DNA from: the human T2T-CHM13v2.0 reference genome, Homo sapiens
Strand: one strand, 5' to 3'
Length of the DNA: 64,000 nt
Assembly: GCF_009914755.1 (NCBI RefSeq)
Contig: NC_060932.1
The first letter of the stretch is position 1. Every line of letters starts with the position of its first letter. The translations under genes were made by a program, and so were the position numbers. The notes below the pieces were generated by a model, which searched no databases, was not told the DNA's origin, and saw only the letters and a list, made by a program, of their open reading frames with translations. This document shows, piece after piece, positions 27,008 to 39,872 of the stretch.

Positions 27008-29265
27008 TGATATGATTTGACTGTGTTTCCACCCAAATCTCATCTTGAATTGCAACTTCCATAATTCCCACATGTTGTGGGAGGAACCTGGTGGGAGGTT
27101 ATTGAGTCATAGGGGTGGGTCTTTCCTGCGCTGTTCTCATGATAGTGAATGAGTCTCATGAGATCTGATGGTTTTAAAAATGGGAGGTTCCCTGCCCAAG
27201 CTCTCCCTTTGCCTGCCACCATCCATATAAGATTTGACTCCTTAAAACCTCTTTCTTTTGTAAATTGCCCTGTCTCAGGTATTTCTTTATCAGCAGCATG
27301 AAAATGGACTAATACACTAAATAGTTGCCAGTAGAGTACAATGCTGCTGAAAAGGTGCCCAAAAACATGGAAGTGACTTTGGAACTGGGTAACAGGCAGA
27401 GGTTGGAAGAGTTTAGAGGGCTCAGAAGAAGACAGGAACTTCCTAGACACTTGTTGAAGTTCTAGACACTTGTTGGAGCTTCCTAGACACTTGTTGAATG
27501 GCTTTGATAAAAATGCTGATAGTAATATGAACAATAAGGTCCATGCTGATGTGGTCTTACATGGAGATGACGAACTTCTTGGGAACTGGAGCAAAGGTGA
27601 TTCTTGTGTTTTAGCAAAGAGAGTGGCAGCATTTTGCCCCTGTCCTAGAGATTTGTGGAACTTTGAACTTGAGAGAGCTGATTTAGGGTATTTGGTGGAA
27701 GAAAATTTCTAAGCAGCAAAGCATTCAAGAGGTGACTTGGGTGCTGTTAAAGACATTCAATTTTATAAGGGAAACAGAGCATACAAATTCAGAAAATTTG
27801 CAGCCTGACAATGTGATAGAAAAGAAAAGCCCATTTTCTGAGGAGAAATTCAAGCCACCTGCAGAAATTTGTATAAGTAATGAGGATCCAAATATTAATC
27901 CCCAAGACAATGGGGAAAATGTCTTCAGGGCATTGCAGAGGTCTTCACAGCAGCTCCCTCCATCACAGGCCCAGAGGCCTAGGAGGAAAAAATAGTTTCG
28001 TGGGCCAGGCCCAGGGTTCCCATGCTGTATGCAGTCTGGGGACTTGGTGCCCTGCATCCCAGCCACTCCAGCCATGATTAAATTGAGCCAAGATACAGCT
28101 CAGATCTTGGCTTCAGATGGTGCAAGCCTTAAGCCTTGGCAGCTTCCATGTGGTGTTGAGTCTGAGGGTGCACAGAAGTCAAGAATTGTGGTTTGGGAAA
28201 CTCCACCTAAATTTCAGAGGATGTATGGAAATGCATGGATGTTCAGGCAGAAGTTTGCTGCAGGAGTGGGGATCTCACGGAGAACCTCTGCTAGGGCAGT
28301 GTGGAAGTGAAATGTGGGGTTGGAGCCCCCACACAGAGTCCCTACTGGGGCACCACCTAGTGGAGCTGTGAGAAGAGGACCACCATCCTCCAGACACCAG
28401 AATAGTAGATCCACTGACGGTTTGCACTATGTGCCTAGAAAAGCCACAGACACTCAACACCAGCCTCCAGGCTGTACCTTGCAGAGCCACAGGGGGAGAG
28501 TTGCCCAACACCATGGGAACCCACCTCTTACATCAGTGTGACCTGGATGTGAGACATGGAGTCAAAGGAGATCATTTTGAAGCTTTAAAATTTGACTTCT
28601 CTGTTGGATGTTGGACTTGCATGAGGCCTGTAGCCTTTTTGTTTTGGCCAATTTCTCTCATTTGGAATGGCTGTATTTACCCAACGCCTATGCCCCCATT
28701 GTATCTAAGAACTAACTAACTTGCTTTTGATTTTACAGGCTCATAGGTGGAACAGACTTGCCTTGTCTCAAATGAAACACTGGGTGGTGGACTTTTGAGT
28801 TAATGCTGAAATGAGTTAAGACTTTGGGGGATTGTTGGGAAGGTATGATTGGTTTTGAAATGTGAGGACATGAGACTTGGGAAGGGTTAGGTGTGGAATG
28901 ATATAGTTTGGGTGTGTCCTCACCCAAATCTCATCTTGAATTGTAACTCCCATAATTCCCACATCATGGGAGGAACTCAGTGGGAGGTGATTGAATTATG
29001 GGAGTGGGTCTTTCCTGTGCTGTTCTCTTGATAGTGAATGAGTCTCATGAGATCTGATGGTTTTAAAAATGGGAGTTTCCTTCAAGAAGCTCCCTCTTTG
29101 CCTGCTGCCATCCAGGTGAGATGTAACTTGCTCCTCCTTGCCTTCCACCAGGATTGTGAGGCCTCCCCAGCCATGTGGAACTCTAAGTCCATTAAACCTC
29201 TTTATTTTGCAAATTGCCCAGTCTTGGGTATGTCTTTATCAGCAGTATGAAAATGGATTAATACA
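27008..29265 (+). mobile_element. Full-length THE1B-like MaLR element in Tigger1
   Basis: LTRs at 27008-27316 (with an internal deletion) and 28899-29265 (tgatat...aataca); internal region ~1.58 kb; TSD ggctc/ggttc. Confidence 0.92.
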
Positions 29266-32200
29266 GGTTCTTGAACTCTTAGAGGCCATGGTAGGGTTAT
29301 TAATTGTTCTAATTTCAATATTGTTGTGTCTCAGGAAATAGGGAGGCCCAAGGAGAAGCAGCAAGATTGGGGAATGGTTGGTAGTGGAACAGCCAGAGGA
29401 CACGTGACATTTATTGATTAAATTTGCCATCTTATATGGGTGCAGTTTGTGGCACCCCAAAAAGAATACATAGTGACATTAAAGATCACTGGCCACAGAT
29501 AACCATAACACATATAATAATAATGAAAAAGTTTGAAATATTGCAAGGATCTCCAAAATGTGACACAGACACAAAGTGAGCACATGCATTGGAAAAATGA
29601 TTGTGACAGACTTGCTTGAGGCAGGGTTGCCACAAACCTTCAATTTGTAATAAAATGCAATATCTGTGAAATACATAAAGTGAAGTGAAATAAAATGAGA
29701 TATTTCTGTATATGATATGTTTCCCACACTTTTCAAGTCTTACAACTTCGGGATTCTAAATCACAACAACTTCCTTTCTGATGCCCAGGTGGTAGGTAAA
29801 GAGTCTGGGGCACACAGAGGTCCTGCTGCATGCCCAGCATCAAACAGCTGGTAAGTGATAAATATAGCATTCAAACCAAAGCCTGTGCACCTCAAGAAAC
29901 TGCCTCTGAGTAGTTAGCCCAGTACTTTCTGACCTTTTTCATCTCACAGGACAGAAAGAAAATAAAAATCGCTGTTTAACCCATTGGGGGAAGAGGATGA
30001 AGCTGTTTGGGATCAGGACAAGTGGCCCCAGGCTGTCTGAATGGCTGTCATTCCAGAGTTTTTCACAGCTTACCCATTCACACAGCCTGCAGCATGCAAG
30101 TGGGGAGTCTACTCAGACATCCAACTTTCATTTAATGAACATTATTCACCCCCTTACAAGCTTCAACAGTGGTGTTTAAGGACAGGACTCTTGAGCTAGA
30201 CCACCTGGCTTTGAATCCCTGTTTTCCAGTTGCTAGACCTTGGGTGAGTTGCTCAAGCTCTTTGTGCCTCAGTTTCCTCATTTGTAAAATGGAGATGACA
30301 ACATAGTTGTAACTTCCAGTGGAAAGCAGCTACACTCCCATGGTCCCTAAAGAAGGAAGGAATTGGTGAAACTGGTGTGGGGGCATTTCTGAGCTCCAGG
30401 TGACCCACCTGGCTTTATGTGATGGCAGATTGTGAGGCAGCAGCTCCTCAAACCCAGTCCTTGAATGAAAGCTAAAGATACCTTGCCCAATCTCTAGGCA
30501 AGGCTGTGCTTGTCTCACGGGAGACTGTGCTTTTCCTACACAGGCTGATGAATGGTGGGGGCACCCACCTGGATCAGATTCCAGAAGAGTAAGTCAAAAA
30601 TACAGAGTTATTGAGAAAGCCTCAACCAAACCTTATTGAATTTCTCCTTGTATTTCAGCATTTCGGGCACCATTCCCTTGGCATGTGTTTATCCTTGACA
30701 TTTCTAAAATCAAACCCCACATCTCACAGGCATAGTTCAGAGCAGGAAAAGGTAAGATTGATATCCCTGTCTAAAATACTATGCCAGGTTTCCCAGAAAT
30801 CACTTGACATTTCAGGTTCTTTTACTAAGTGAGCTGAATGGACCAAAAATGTAGGCAAACAGAAACATACTTCTAATTCAGGAAGATCGTGTGCCTTCAT
30901 GTCCCCCTCTGGACTCATGCAAGGCCCAAGAAGAGGGTTGTTTTCTTAGCTATTCAACCATGAGCCAGTTTATGGTTCTGTCTCTTGTCCTTTTGCCTTA
31001 GTATGGAAAGACCACATCTGCTGGTTCCAATGAATGTGCTGATCTAGAGGGAAGGGACTCAACGTTTTGGTGCTGGGTGAATTGGAGTAGAGGCCAGATG
31101 CCCACTTGATGGGCTCCTTGGCAATCTGATGAGAATTTTCAGCATCATCATGTCCCCTTGCTCCTCTATTTCCTGGAGTCCTGAATGAAGCCACACCTCC
31201 CAGACCCAGGATGGAGTGTCCATCTCCTCCATGTGTTGTATCTTGAGGGTTGACATCATTGAGTCAGGAACAGGTTCTGGGTGAAGCTTTACAGTGGTAA
31301 CCCCACTGTCACCCCCAAATTGGTGGCATCCACATGCCTGATGGTTCTTACCTTAGTTTCTGCCCAGTTATCTTGCCTAGGGCCAAGTTCTTCTAGTCCA
31401 GGGACTTTGTCCTGAGTCCTAGCTCAGGGTTTAGAAACGAAGTCTTTCCCTACTAGCCTCTCTTCTTGGGGGTAGATCCAGCTCACCATGGCTTGTCTGC
31501 CTACTGGAGTCTCTGTTGATACTGGCTGTGGTTTTGAGATGGGCCTTATGCTCTGGGGTAGACCAGAGCTTGATGATCTACATCAAGTTTTCTGTTTTTC
31601 AGATACCGTGCCTTCACAGCCTAACTACCTTTTGGAGGCCAGCCTTTTCGCTAGCTTTGTTTGCCAAGCCTCGACCTACCTGAGCTCAGCTCCCCACCTG
31701 CATCTGGTGGTTCCAAGTCTCAGCAGGCATGAAGCTTTACTTTGTTTAAATGTCCTCAGTCTGTTGGACTGAACAACCCATGGGGCTTTCCTGACCTCGG
31801 ATTCTCTGAGTCTATGAAGATTGTAACAGCCTCTGGCATTGGTAGAGGGATTTACAGTATGCTGAGGCTTTTCACTTGTCATCTTCACATTCCATTGGGG
31901 CCTTGCATGAATTTGGAGGGGGCATACTTCTTTGATGTGTATATCGTTTCCTAGAGCAAACAGCATCCCAAATGTGGTTCAAAGTTCAAGGTTTACCTGA
32001 ATCAATTCCCTCTCTGCTTTGTGCCTCAAGAGAAGACAGCTTCACTTCTAACATTAGGGTCCCACTTGAGATGCCTCAGGTAGATGTTTTTTTGAGGGTA
32101 TATCTACTGTGGATTTGTTACCTGGGGCTAAGTTTCTTTTAAATGGGATGGTGTTCAGAGTCAAGTGTTTAGAGAATGGTTGGGATTTTATAATTCTCAT

Positions 32201-32799
32201 TCAATTACTTAAACCTTGTACCTCCAACATAGCGCTTATCAGAATAGCTTAGTGTTTATAAACATGGACTCTGGGCTCAGAAAGACTCAGGTGCCTGTGG
32301 CATAGGCAGTTACATTTCACTTTTCCTTTTGGTAAGGGAACACAGGAATCATCCATTCCCTAACTTCCCCTGCAGTGAGGTGGGACAGAAAGATGATGTA
32401 TGCCTGGTAGCTGAGACCTTCTAAGTGATTCTTGTTTCTTTCCCTTTTTTCTCCTCAGTTGGCTGGATAGAGAGGGCCAAGAAGAGAACTCCAATGCAGA
32501 AGGAGGTTAGGCTTCCCAAAAATTGCACAGGAGACCCCTTGACACATATCCAATAGAACATAAGCAAGAAGTACATCTTTTATTGTGTTTTAGCCACTAA
32601 GATTGGGAGTTATTTGTTATAGCAGTTGGCTTTTATTGAACAATATAGTTATGAAGCTAGTTCTACAACTAACTACATGACCTTGGCCAAATCCTTTAAT
32701 TTTTCTGGGCTTTCTCACCTGTATGAAATTTTCCTGGCAATCTTGTGGTCATAAGCACGTAGGTGTCTTCCAGGAAACAGTGTGCTTGCCCACAGTAGC

Positions 32800-33310
32800 T
32801 CACTTACCCATTGCCTTTCTCATTGTTCCTCCAATGTGCCGGACTTGATACCCCTCTGGGCTTTTGCACTTGCTGTTACTTTTTCTTGCGAAACTTTTCT
32901 CTCAGGTCTTATGGGTCACCTCTTTCTATTATTTAGGGCCAATCGTTGACATCACATCTTCAAAAAAGCCTTCCCTGGTGACTCAGTTAAATCAGCATCC
33001 CTGTCCTCCCATTCTTTATCCCAAGTGGCCAACTTAATTTTCTTTGTTGCCTCTACCTCAATCTGAAAGCAGATTATTTATGTATTGGTTAATAAGAATA
33101 TTATATATTATTCCCCAACCAGAATGTTAGCTCTATAAGGGAAACACTTTTGCTAGGATTTCCCTGGAGGATAGGACAGCCATATCCACATTGTAGTTGC
33201 TCAGCAAATACTGATGAATGTACTGGTCAAGTGCTGTGAGGATTACAGGAGGTCATTATGTAAAAAATTTGGCGCTTGGCCTGGCACATGGCAAGTGCTC
33301 AAAAATAGCA
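32800..33310 (+). mobile_element. L2 3' fragment plus MIR, just downstream of the ADCY8 poly(A) site
   Basis: gggcttttgcacttgctgtt...aagccttccctg...agaatgttagctctataaggg...gctcagcaaatac. Confidence 0.65.
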
Positions 33311-33570
33311 GATGGTGGTGAGTATCTGACTGTATGGAGTTTCTGTTCACTTCACATGTCCCACTCTTCCACCTAGTTGTAAGTCTCTCAAACTCTCAAA
33401 GTCAGAAACTAGATCTCATTTATCTTTGCCTCCCAATAAACCTTGTACACAAGAGGTGACCAATAAATATTTGTGAAGGGAACATTTGAAGAGAATCTCA
33501 AATTGTGTCCTTGATCTGGTACATTCAAAGACCAACGAAACCATCCTTGTTCTAAAAAAAATTAAACCTT

Positions 33571-33588
33571 TTTATTAGTATATTTATT
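33571..33588 (-). terminator. Tandem polyadenylation signals of ADCY8
   Basis: Two AATAAA on the minus strand (plus-strand tttatt at 33583-33588 and 33571-33576), about 50 and 62 nt after the stop. A GU-rich tract (tggtttcgttggtctttg) follows at ~33526-33543. Confidence 0.8.
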
Positions 33589-33638
33589 TTATATATAAAA
33601 GAAATACAAAAAAAAAAAAAAACAGAAAGAAAATGCTT

Positions 33639-34126
33639 TTATGGCAAATCAGATTTGTCGGTGCCTTCAGCCTGGGCTCCAGGCTCTGTGCCGCTGGGTG
33701 ACAACAAAGTCCGCCGGTTGTAATGACCCTTGATGATTCCTGTGTTGTTGTTCTCATTGAGTAGCTGCTTCTGCCTTTGCCTATTGAGGGACTGGACAAG
33801 TCCCAGGACAACCGCGGCCAGGGAGTACTGCCCAGGCAGTCTTCTTGGGGGCAAGATGAATGGGTTGGGTTGGACTCTTCCCAGAAGAAAGTACGTTTTG
33901 ATTTTTCCTTCCTGTTCACTGATACCCTTCACATAGATCTCCCCTCGGTAATCAAAGGCAAAGCCCTGGTCCTTCAGGATGAGATAGGTCTCCTCTGGGA
34001 CTTGGATCCGGCCACTAACCCCCGTGCTGTCCATTCGGCTTGCCAGGTTCACAGTTTTGCCCCAAATGTCATACTGTGGTTTCTTAGCGCCGATAACGCC
34101 AGCTACCACTGAGCCGTGGCTGATGC
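33639..34126 (-). CDS. ADCY8: ADCY8 terminal coding exon: end of C2a catalytic domain plus C2b calmodulin-binding tail
   Basis: Acceptor ...cttcaccccccag|GCATCAGCCAC (AG at 34128-34127). Translates (G)[35 protein letters not shown]...[23 protein letters not shown]...EGTDKSDLP with stop TAA at 33641-33639. Contains the class III cyclase motifs YDIWG and VN.ASRM, and I recognise the C-terminus as AC8. Length 488 nt is phase-consistent with the upstream exon. Confidence 0.97.
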
Positions 34127-34254
34127 CTGGGGGGTGAAGCAAAGGAGCAAGAAGTCAGAGGGAGAAGGGGGACAATGGGGTGTTTGGACCCCTCCCTGGG
34201 ACAGTGATCACTATGTGTGGGGTCTCTGTGGATGAACGGGAGGGTCCAGATCCT

Positions 34255-35430
34255 GCCCCCAGTCACTTATTAGATGTATCACCTGGGTCAGTTAATTAAC
34301 CTATTTGGACCTCACTTTTCTCATCAGTAGAATGGAAATAATTAAAGGCAGATTTAATGAGATAATACAAGTAAAGCCACTGTGGCATGGTGCCTGGCAA
34401 CCAGTGAGTGTTCAATTGAATATAATTATTATTGTCATATGAGCACTGACTTGTCTTAGTCTGTGAGATGATCAGAGCATGGACCAGAAGTCAGGACCCT
34501 AGGATCTCCTGCTTCTGCTGACACAGTGCTCTGAGAGCCTGCACAGGCCTTTTCCCTCTCTGTTTTAGCCCAGGTCCTCAGCATCATTCCCTTGGTCCAT
34601 GGCGATGGCTTTCTAACTGTCCTCCCTGTCTCCTCCCTTGTTCCCTTGAGCTCATCCTCCACACTGCTGCAGGAGCGGGAGGGCTCGTTCTGATCAAGTT
34701 GCACATCTGATCAAGTTACAACCCACTTAAATATCTTCCAGGGCTCCTTTCACTTACAGGATAAAGCCAATGATCCTTAGACTCACAATCAATAACCTCT
34801 CTGATATGGCTTTTGCCTGATTTTCCAGCCTCATTTATCCCACTCTCTTCCTTACTGCTGCATTATATTCACACTGAACTGCTGGAGTTTTCCTAACCTT
34901 CCAGCCAGTACCCACCTTTGTGCCTTTGTCCTGACTTTCCCCCTGCTTGTGCTATTACTTCCCCACACTTTCACAGTTTATCTGGTAAATACTTTTAAAG
35001 ACAGTTTCAGTGCCTCCTCCACTAGGAAGCATAGAATTCTAGAAATGGTAGCATTTCACTAAACCTGTTAGTGGGCATGTATGTCTCTTTCTAAAAGACA
35101 ATTATTTCATTCTACAAACATTGACTAGGCACTTGCTATGAGCCAGGTACAGTCCTAGGCATTGGGGATGTGGTGGGAAAGGAAAGAAATACAGCCCTGG
35201 TCCCCATGGAATTTACCTTCTACTGGGGAGAGATAGAAAATAATTTTACAAATGTAATATAATATTAATGAATGATTAGGGCTACAAAGAAAAATCAATG
35301 AGGGTAAAATAATGGAGAAAGATGGAAGAGAGTACATTTCAGAGTAAGGAGGTTAGCAAAGACCTTGTTGAGCAGAGAATATGGTGGGAATAGCCATGCA
35401 GATATCTCGGTAAGATTATTCTAGGCCGAG
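34255..35430. mobile_element. MIR and L2 fragments (both orientations) in the last ADCY8 intron
   Basis: MIR at ~34260-34425, L2 (+) at ~34520-35030 and L2 (-) at ~35100-35430 (ccaggtacagtcctaggcattggggat...catggaatttaccttctactggggagag). Confidence 0.65.
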
Positions 35431-36940
35431 GCAAAAGAAAGACACGTATACCCACTGATATAAGTGACTGGAAATTTGAAAATCTCACTCTATGGAGTAC
35501 ATGGGAATCACAATGATAGTTAGCTCTTTAAAATTTGCAGAGAACTTTGACAGCCAATATCCCATTTGATTCTCATATTATTATTATGAGGTAGAGAGGC
35601 AGAGGAGGTAATAATTTAACACCCAGCTTACATAGGAGGAAACGGAGACACAGAAGGTTTAAATGATTCACCCAAAGTCATACAGCTGGTTACAGCAGAC
35701 CCAAAACACAAATTGAGATGCTTAATTCAGTTGGGAAGTTAATTTTCCAACCTCTGAGATCAGTGAAACTATACTACGAGTGTAATATGTCATGGCAAGG
35801 GTTGACCCTGATTTGGCAACATCTTCAGAATTTACTTAGAATATCTCTGTTCAGCATTACAGTTCCCTTTTTATTCCTGGTTCAATTGTGTAGTCAACAA
35901 TTTCAGAAATGACATTGATAAGATTGATGGAAGATGTGGGAACAAGCGCTGAACATCCCATCCATAGATCAAAAACATAAAATATAAGCCCTTTAATGCA
36001 AAGAGCAAAGACATATGGCATTCCTTAGATCTGACAAGTCAGATATTGGTATTTCTTGACCTGTTTTTCTTGAAAGCTGCTAAGGGAGAAGCAGATAAAG
36101 TAAAATGGCATATCAGCCAGAAGATGTCTACAGTGTGAGGACCGTAGCAAAAGTTATTTTAAACTGCACTCTGGCAGCCAGAATGTCATTGTCTCAGAGT
36201 TAGGAAATGCTGGAGCTGCTGCTGGTGTGACTGTGTGATCTTAGGCTAGTTACTCCCTTTTCGTAGGCCCGCATTTACTCATCTACAAAATGAGAATGTG
36301 GACTAGACCAGGGATATTCAGACTGCATTTTAGGAGGTCACTGAGGCTCAGTAGAGATGTGGAAGGAATGGCAAATTATAAAGGATTATTATTGATTGCA
36401 GTGATTAATGTTACATTGTTGCTTTGTGCGGTGATGTCTTTAAGCCCAAAGAAATGGCGAGCTTTGTGGCTGAGTAAAGCCTGTCCCTGGAAATATAGTA
36501 TCTGCCATCCTCAGGAGTAGAATCCTGCTTTTGTCTGAAGGAATTATCCTGAAGACCTTGAGAGCAATACATTGACCACCAGCATTGAGCTACCCAGGAG
36601 TCAGAATTAAATGACTGATTAGTCAGCTACATCTCTATGCACGACCTTGCATGGGCAGGCAAGTTGGAAGAGGGGTTCACAATAGTCTAGCATTTGCCAA
36701 AGGCTGGCTGCTTTGTATTTCTGCACACAAGCCAGTATCCTACTCTTGTTTCCAGCATCTTGACTGAGAGGAAACTAAGAAAGGCCTGAGCTGACCTTGT
36801 CCCTATCCTTGGCAGGGTCATGCTAGATCTATTGCATTTTGCAGGAAAAAGCTTTCCTGGATTGATGCCCAAGGCAGGGGAGGGTCTGTTGGAGCAAGGT
36901 CAGCTGGCTCTATCAGGCCCCACCTGCAGCTGCTACTCAC

Positions 36941-37055
36941 CAATCCGGAGTTCAAAATTGTTGAATGAATGCTTGTTGATCTCCTGTATGCTTTCTGTCA
37001 GGGCGAGTGAGAAGTCAGCCAGAGCACACAAATGTCCCCACTTGTCTTCACATTG
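36941..37055 (-). CDS. ADCY8: ADCY8 penultimate exon (115 nt)
   Basis: tttgcttcag|CAATGTGAA...CGGATTG|gtgagt, translating [38 protein letters not shown](G). The trailing G completes the GGC codon with the last exon. Too short for the ORF track; read by hand. Confidence 0.96.
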
Positions 37056-37344
37056 CTGAAGCAAACATGAGGAGAAGAAATCATTTAATGCGGAATGTGG
37101 GGGAACATTAACATTTCTGCAGCAGGGGCTTTACGTCCTAACCCAACCCTACCTGCACATCCCTTTAAGGAAATAATCATGTGGGTGAGCCCCTCTACAC
37201 TCAAGTCACTGGTATCTCAGAACATGGGAAGACATAAGATTTGCTTGCAAGAGTGTAGTATATGTGGGTCATTGTATTCCTTCTTCCACATCTACACCTG
37301 TCTGTTCAGGTTGATGTAGCATCAATTCCGTAGTGTATGTTCAC

Positions 37345-37505
37345 TGGCATGTGTGTGAATGAGTGTATGTGTGTATGTGTGTGTGTGTTGGGGGTGTGTG
37401 GGCGTGTGGGTGGCCGTGAGTGTATGTGGGTATGGGTATGTGTGTGGGTATGGGTATATGTGTGGGTATGGGTATGTGTGTGTATATGTGCTCCTATGTA
37501 TGTGT
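37345..37505. repeat. (TG)n/(GGGTAT)n simple repeat
   Basis: gtgtgggtatgggtat units read directly. Confidence 0.9.
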
Positions 37506-37734
37506 AGCTTTTCCAGTCTAAGAACTGTGTCTATTTCCTTTGAATTGCTCACAGTGTGTGTTTAAGGGATACATTTGCTTACAAAACTCCTAAGGGAAGT
37601 GCTGCATAAGCCTCTGGGCCTCTCTGAACCTCAGTTTCCAAATCTATAAAATGGGGATAAGCATACTTGCCCTTCCTACCTCGTAGGTATTGAATGAGAT
37701 TTTTTATATGAGAGAACTTTGTGCCCCTGTAGAA

Positions 37735-37956
37735 CAGAGGTTAGCAAACAGTTTCAATAAAGGCTAGATAGCCAATATTTTAAGGTTTGTCGACCATATG
37801 GTCTTTGTTGTGACACTCAACATTGCCATTTTAGCTTGAAAGGAGCAATAGGCAAAATATAAATGAATGGGCATGGCTGTTTTCCAATAAAGTTTTATTT
37901 ATAAAAACAGATGGTGGGCCAGATTTGACCTGTGAGCTGTAGTTTTCTGATCCCTG
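37735..37956 (+). mobile_element. MER58A hAT-Charlie MITE
   Basis: cagaggttagcaaac...aggctagatagccaatatttt...gaatgggcatggctgttttccaataaagttttattt...gatccctg. Confidence 0.85.
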
Positions 37957-38631
37957 CTGCACACGTACCAAATAATAACCAGCATGAGTTTCATCCCAGA
38001 TAGTCACTCTTGAAGTATTTTATTGTTTTTAGTTGGAAAAAAGCATATGAAGGATTGGAAGAAATTGATGAGAATTCCATTTCCCCAAGTATCTTGGACT
38101 CATATTCTTTTAACTAATTGAGGACTTTACTAGATGCAAGGCTTTGCTTGGGGAGCATGACATTATCTGAGATAATTCATCCATTAACCCTGGAAGGTAG
38201 ACAGTGTTGCCATTTAACACCAGTGCCTGGAACACAGTCAACACTCCAAAAAGCAGCAACTGTTATTATTATGATGTAAGACTTTTGAAAGACAAAACCA
38301 AAATAGGAAAAAAGAGGCTAGTATTAGGGGTTTAGTAAGATCCACAACTAAATCACAATAGGCTATTTCTGGGCTCTTGATTTTGTTCAAGGGAACAATG
38401 AGGTTCAGAACAAAGCCTAGAAGTTTCTCAAAAAAGCAGCATGGCTTCATCTGGTAGACTCTACCTACCTTGGGGGCAAATCCACATCACGTAACTATTA
38501 TAATCCAGTCCATTAGATTTTCTCCCCATCTTTCCCCAAGGATCTTGGTGACAGAGGCTTCACCACCGTCGGTGACATGACAACAGCAAGACCCCACCAT
38601 GCATTGTGGCTGAGTCCAAAGAGTCCTTTAC

Positions 38632-38724
38632 CTGTTTTTCAGGTGACAGGCCTGACACGGCCATGTAGGTGCTGCCAATGGTCTTAATCTTTTCAATGTC
38701 TTGAAATCGGTCTTCACCAAGCAA
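38632..38724 (-). CDS. ADCY8: ADCY8 internal exon (93 nt), C2a nucleotide-specificity strand
   Basis: ctctctttcag|TTGCTTGGT...GAAAAACAG|gtaaag, translating [42 protein letters not shown] is the canonical adenylyl cyclase C2a motif. Confidence 0.97.
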
Positions 38725-38959
38725 CTGAAAGAGAGCCAGGCAATGGTGTTAGCCCTGGTGTTTATTCTTCCAGCAGCCTGGGCTCCTGAAAACAGGCCCC
38801 TGGCTCACAATGAGCTACCTCTGATGGTTCAATATCCTCTAGTTATCTGCTTTTCTCTCTGAGAATCATGCTTTCAGCCAGTCACATATATTTAATGAGC
38901 ACTTGCTAAGGGTCAGGAGTGGAGATGGGTGTAAATTGGTACTCTTTAAGGAGTAGGTC

Positions 38960-39540
38960 TGCCCCTTCACATGTAAATCAGATCCTGTCCCTGCTCTGTG
39001 CCAAACCTCCTATGGCTTTCTGTTTTACTCAAGGTCAAAACCAGTCTTCACTGTGACTTGCAAGGCTTGCCAAGACCTGTCCGCTCTCTTATCGTCTCCC
39101 TCTCTCACTCTGCTCCAGCTGCACTGATCCCCTTTGCCCCTTGCCACACTGACCTGAGAACAAGCTCAGCCTGCTTTGGCCTCAGGACTTCTGCACCTGT
39201 TGTTCTCTTGCTGGGCTACTCTTCCCTGGGACAAGTGTATGGCTTACTCCCTCACCTCCTACAGGTCTTTCCTCAAATCTCATCTTTGCAGTGCAGTCTT
39301 CTTGACCACCTTATTTAAAATTGAACGCAGCATCCCATTCCCACATACATATTCTTATCTTCCTTCCCTGTTTTACCTTCTCTCCTTAGCACTTATCCCT
39401 GATATTGCTTATTTATTGTCCTCTTCCTCTAGGGAATGTAATATTCCTGGAGCATATATTTTCCACTGTTGTGTTTACTACTCAGCACCTAGACAGACTG
39501 TAGAGAAGAATGAATGAGTGAATGATTAAATGAAGGAATG
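38960..39540 (+). mobile_element. L2a 3' end
   Basis: atgtaaatcagatc...aaacctcctatggcttt...cctcaggacttctgcacc...gaatgaatgagtgaatga tail. Confidence 0.8.
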
Positions 39541-39629
39541 GGTGCTATCCTGGGACATTTCCTTTACCTTTACCTGTGGTTTCGGTTTTAATGCTAAGAG
39601 AGGGAAACCTTGGTGTCTTATTTAGCAAT

Positions 39630-39872
39630 GGTGGTAGGCAGAATAACGCTTCCTGAACCCAGGCCCCAAAGATGCCTGTGTCTTAATTCCTGGAACCTGT
39701 GCATATGTCAGGTTACATGACAAAAAGGACTTTGCAGAGCCTCTGGAAGGAGCACAGCCCTGTAAGTTTCATTTTGGATTTCTGACCTCCAAACAGTAAG
39801 GTTATAGATTTCTGTTGTTTCAAGCCACTAAATTTGTAGCCATTGGTTACAGCAGCAGTAGGAAATTAATAC
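39630..39872 (+). mobile_element. MLT1D-like LTR with internal deletion
   Basis: ggtaggcagaataa...ccccaaagatg...ggactttgcag, joined to aagccactaaatttgtag...cagcagtaggaaattaataca. Confidence 0.75.

Noticed and set aside
34050-34075. [10 protein letters not shown] instead of the more common GNTVNVASRM cyclase motif
   Set aside because: It matches my recollection of normal AC8, and the catalytic Asn and Arg are intact, so it is not evidence of a variant or pseudogene.
34127-34142. Start of the 167-aa ORF (MLHPP), and the extensions of ORF 53602-53925
   Set aside because: These are intronic sequences beyond the splice sites; the true exon limits are 34126 and 53820/53674.
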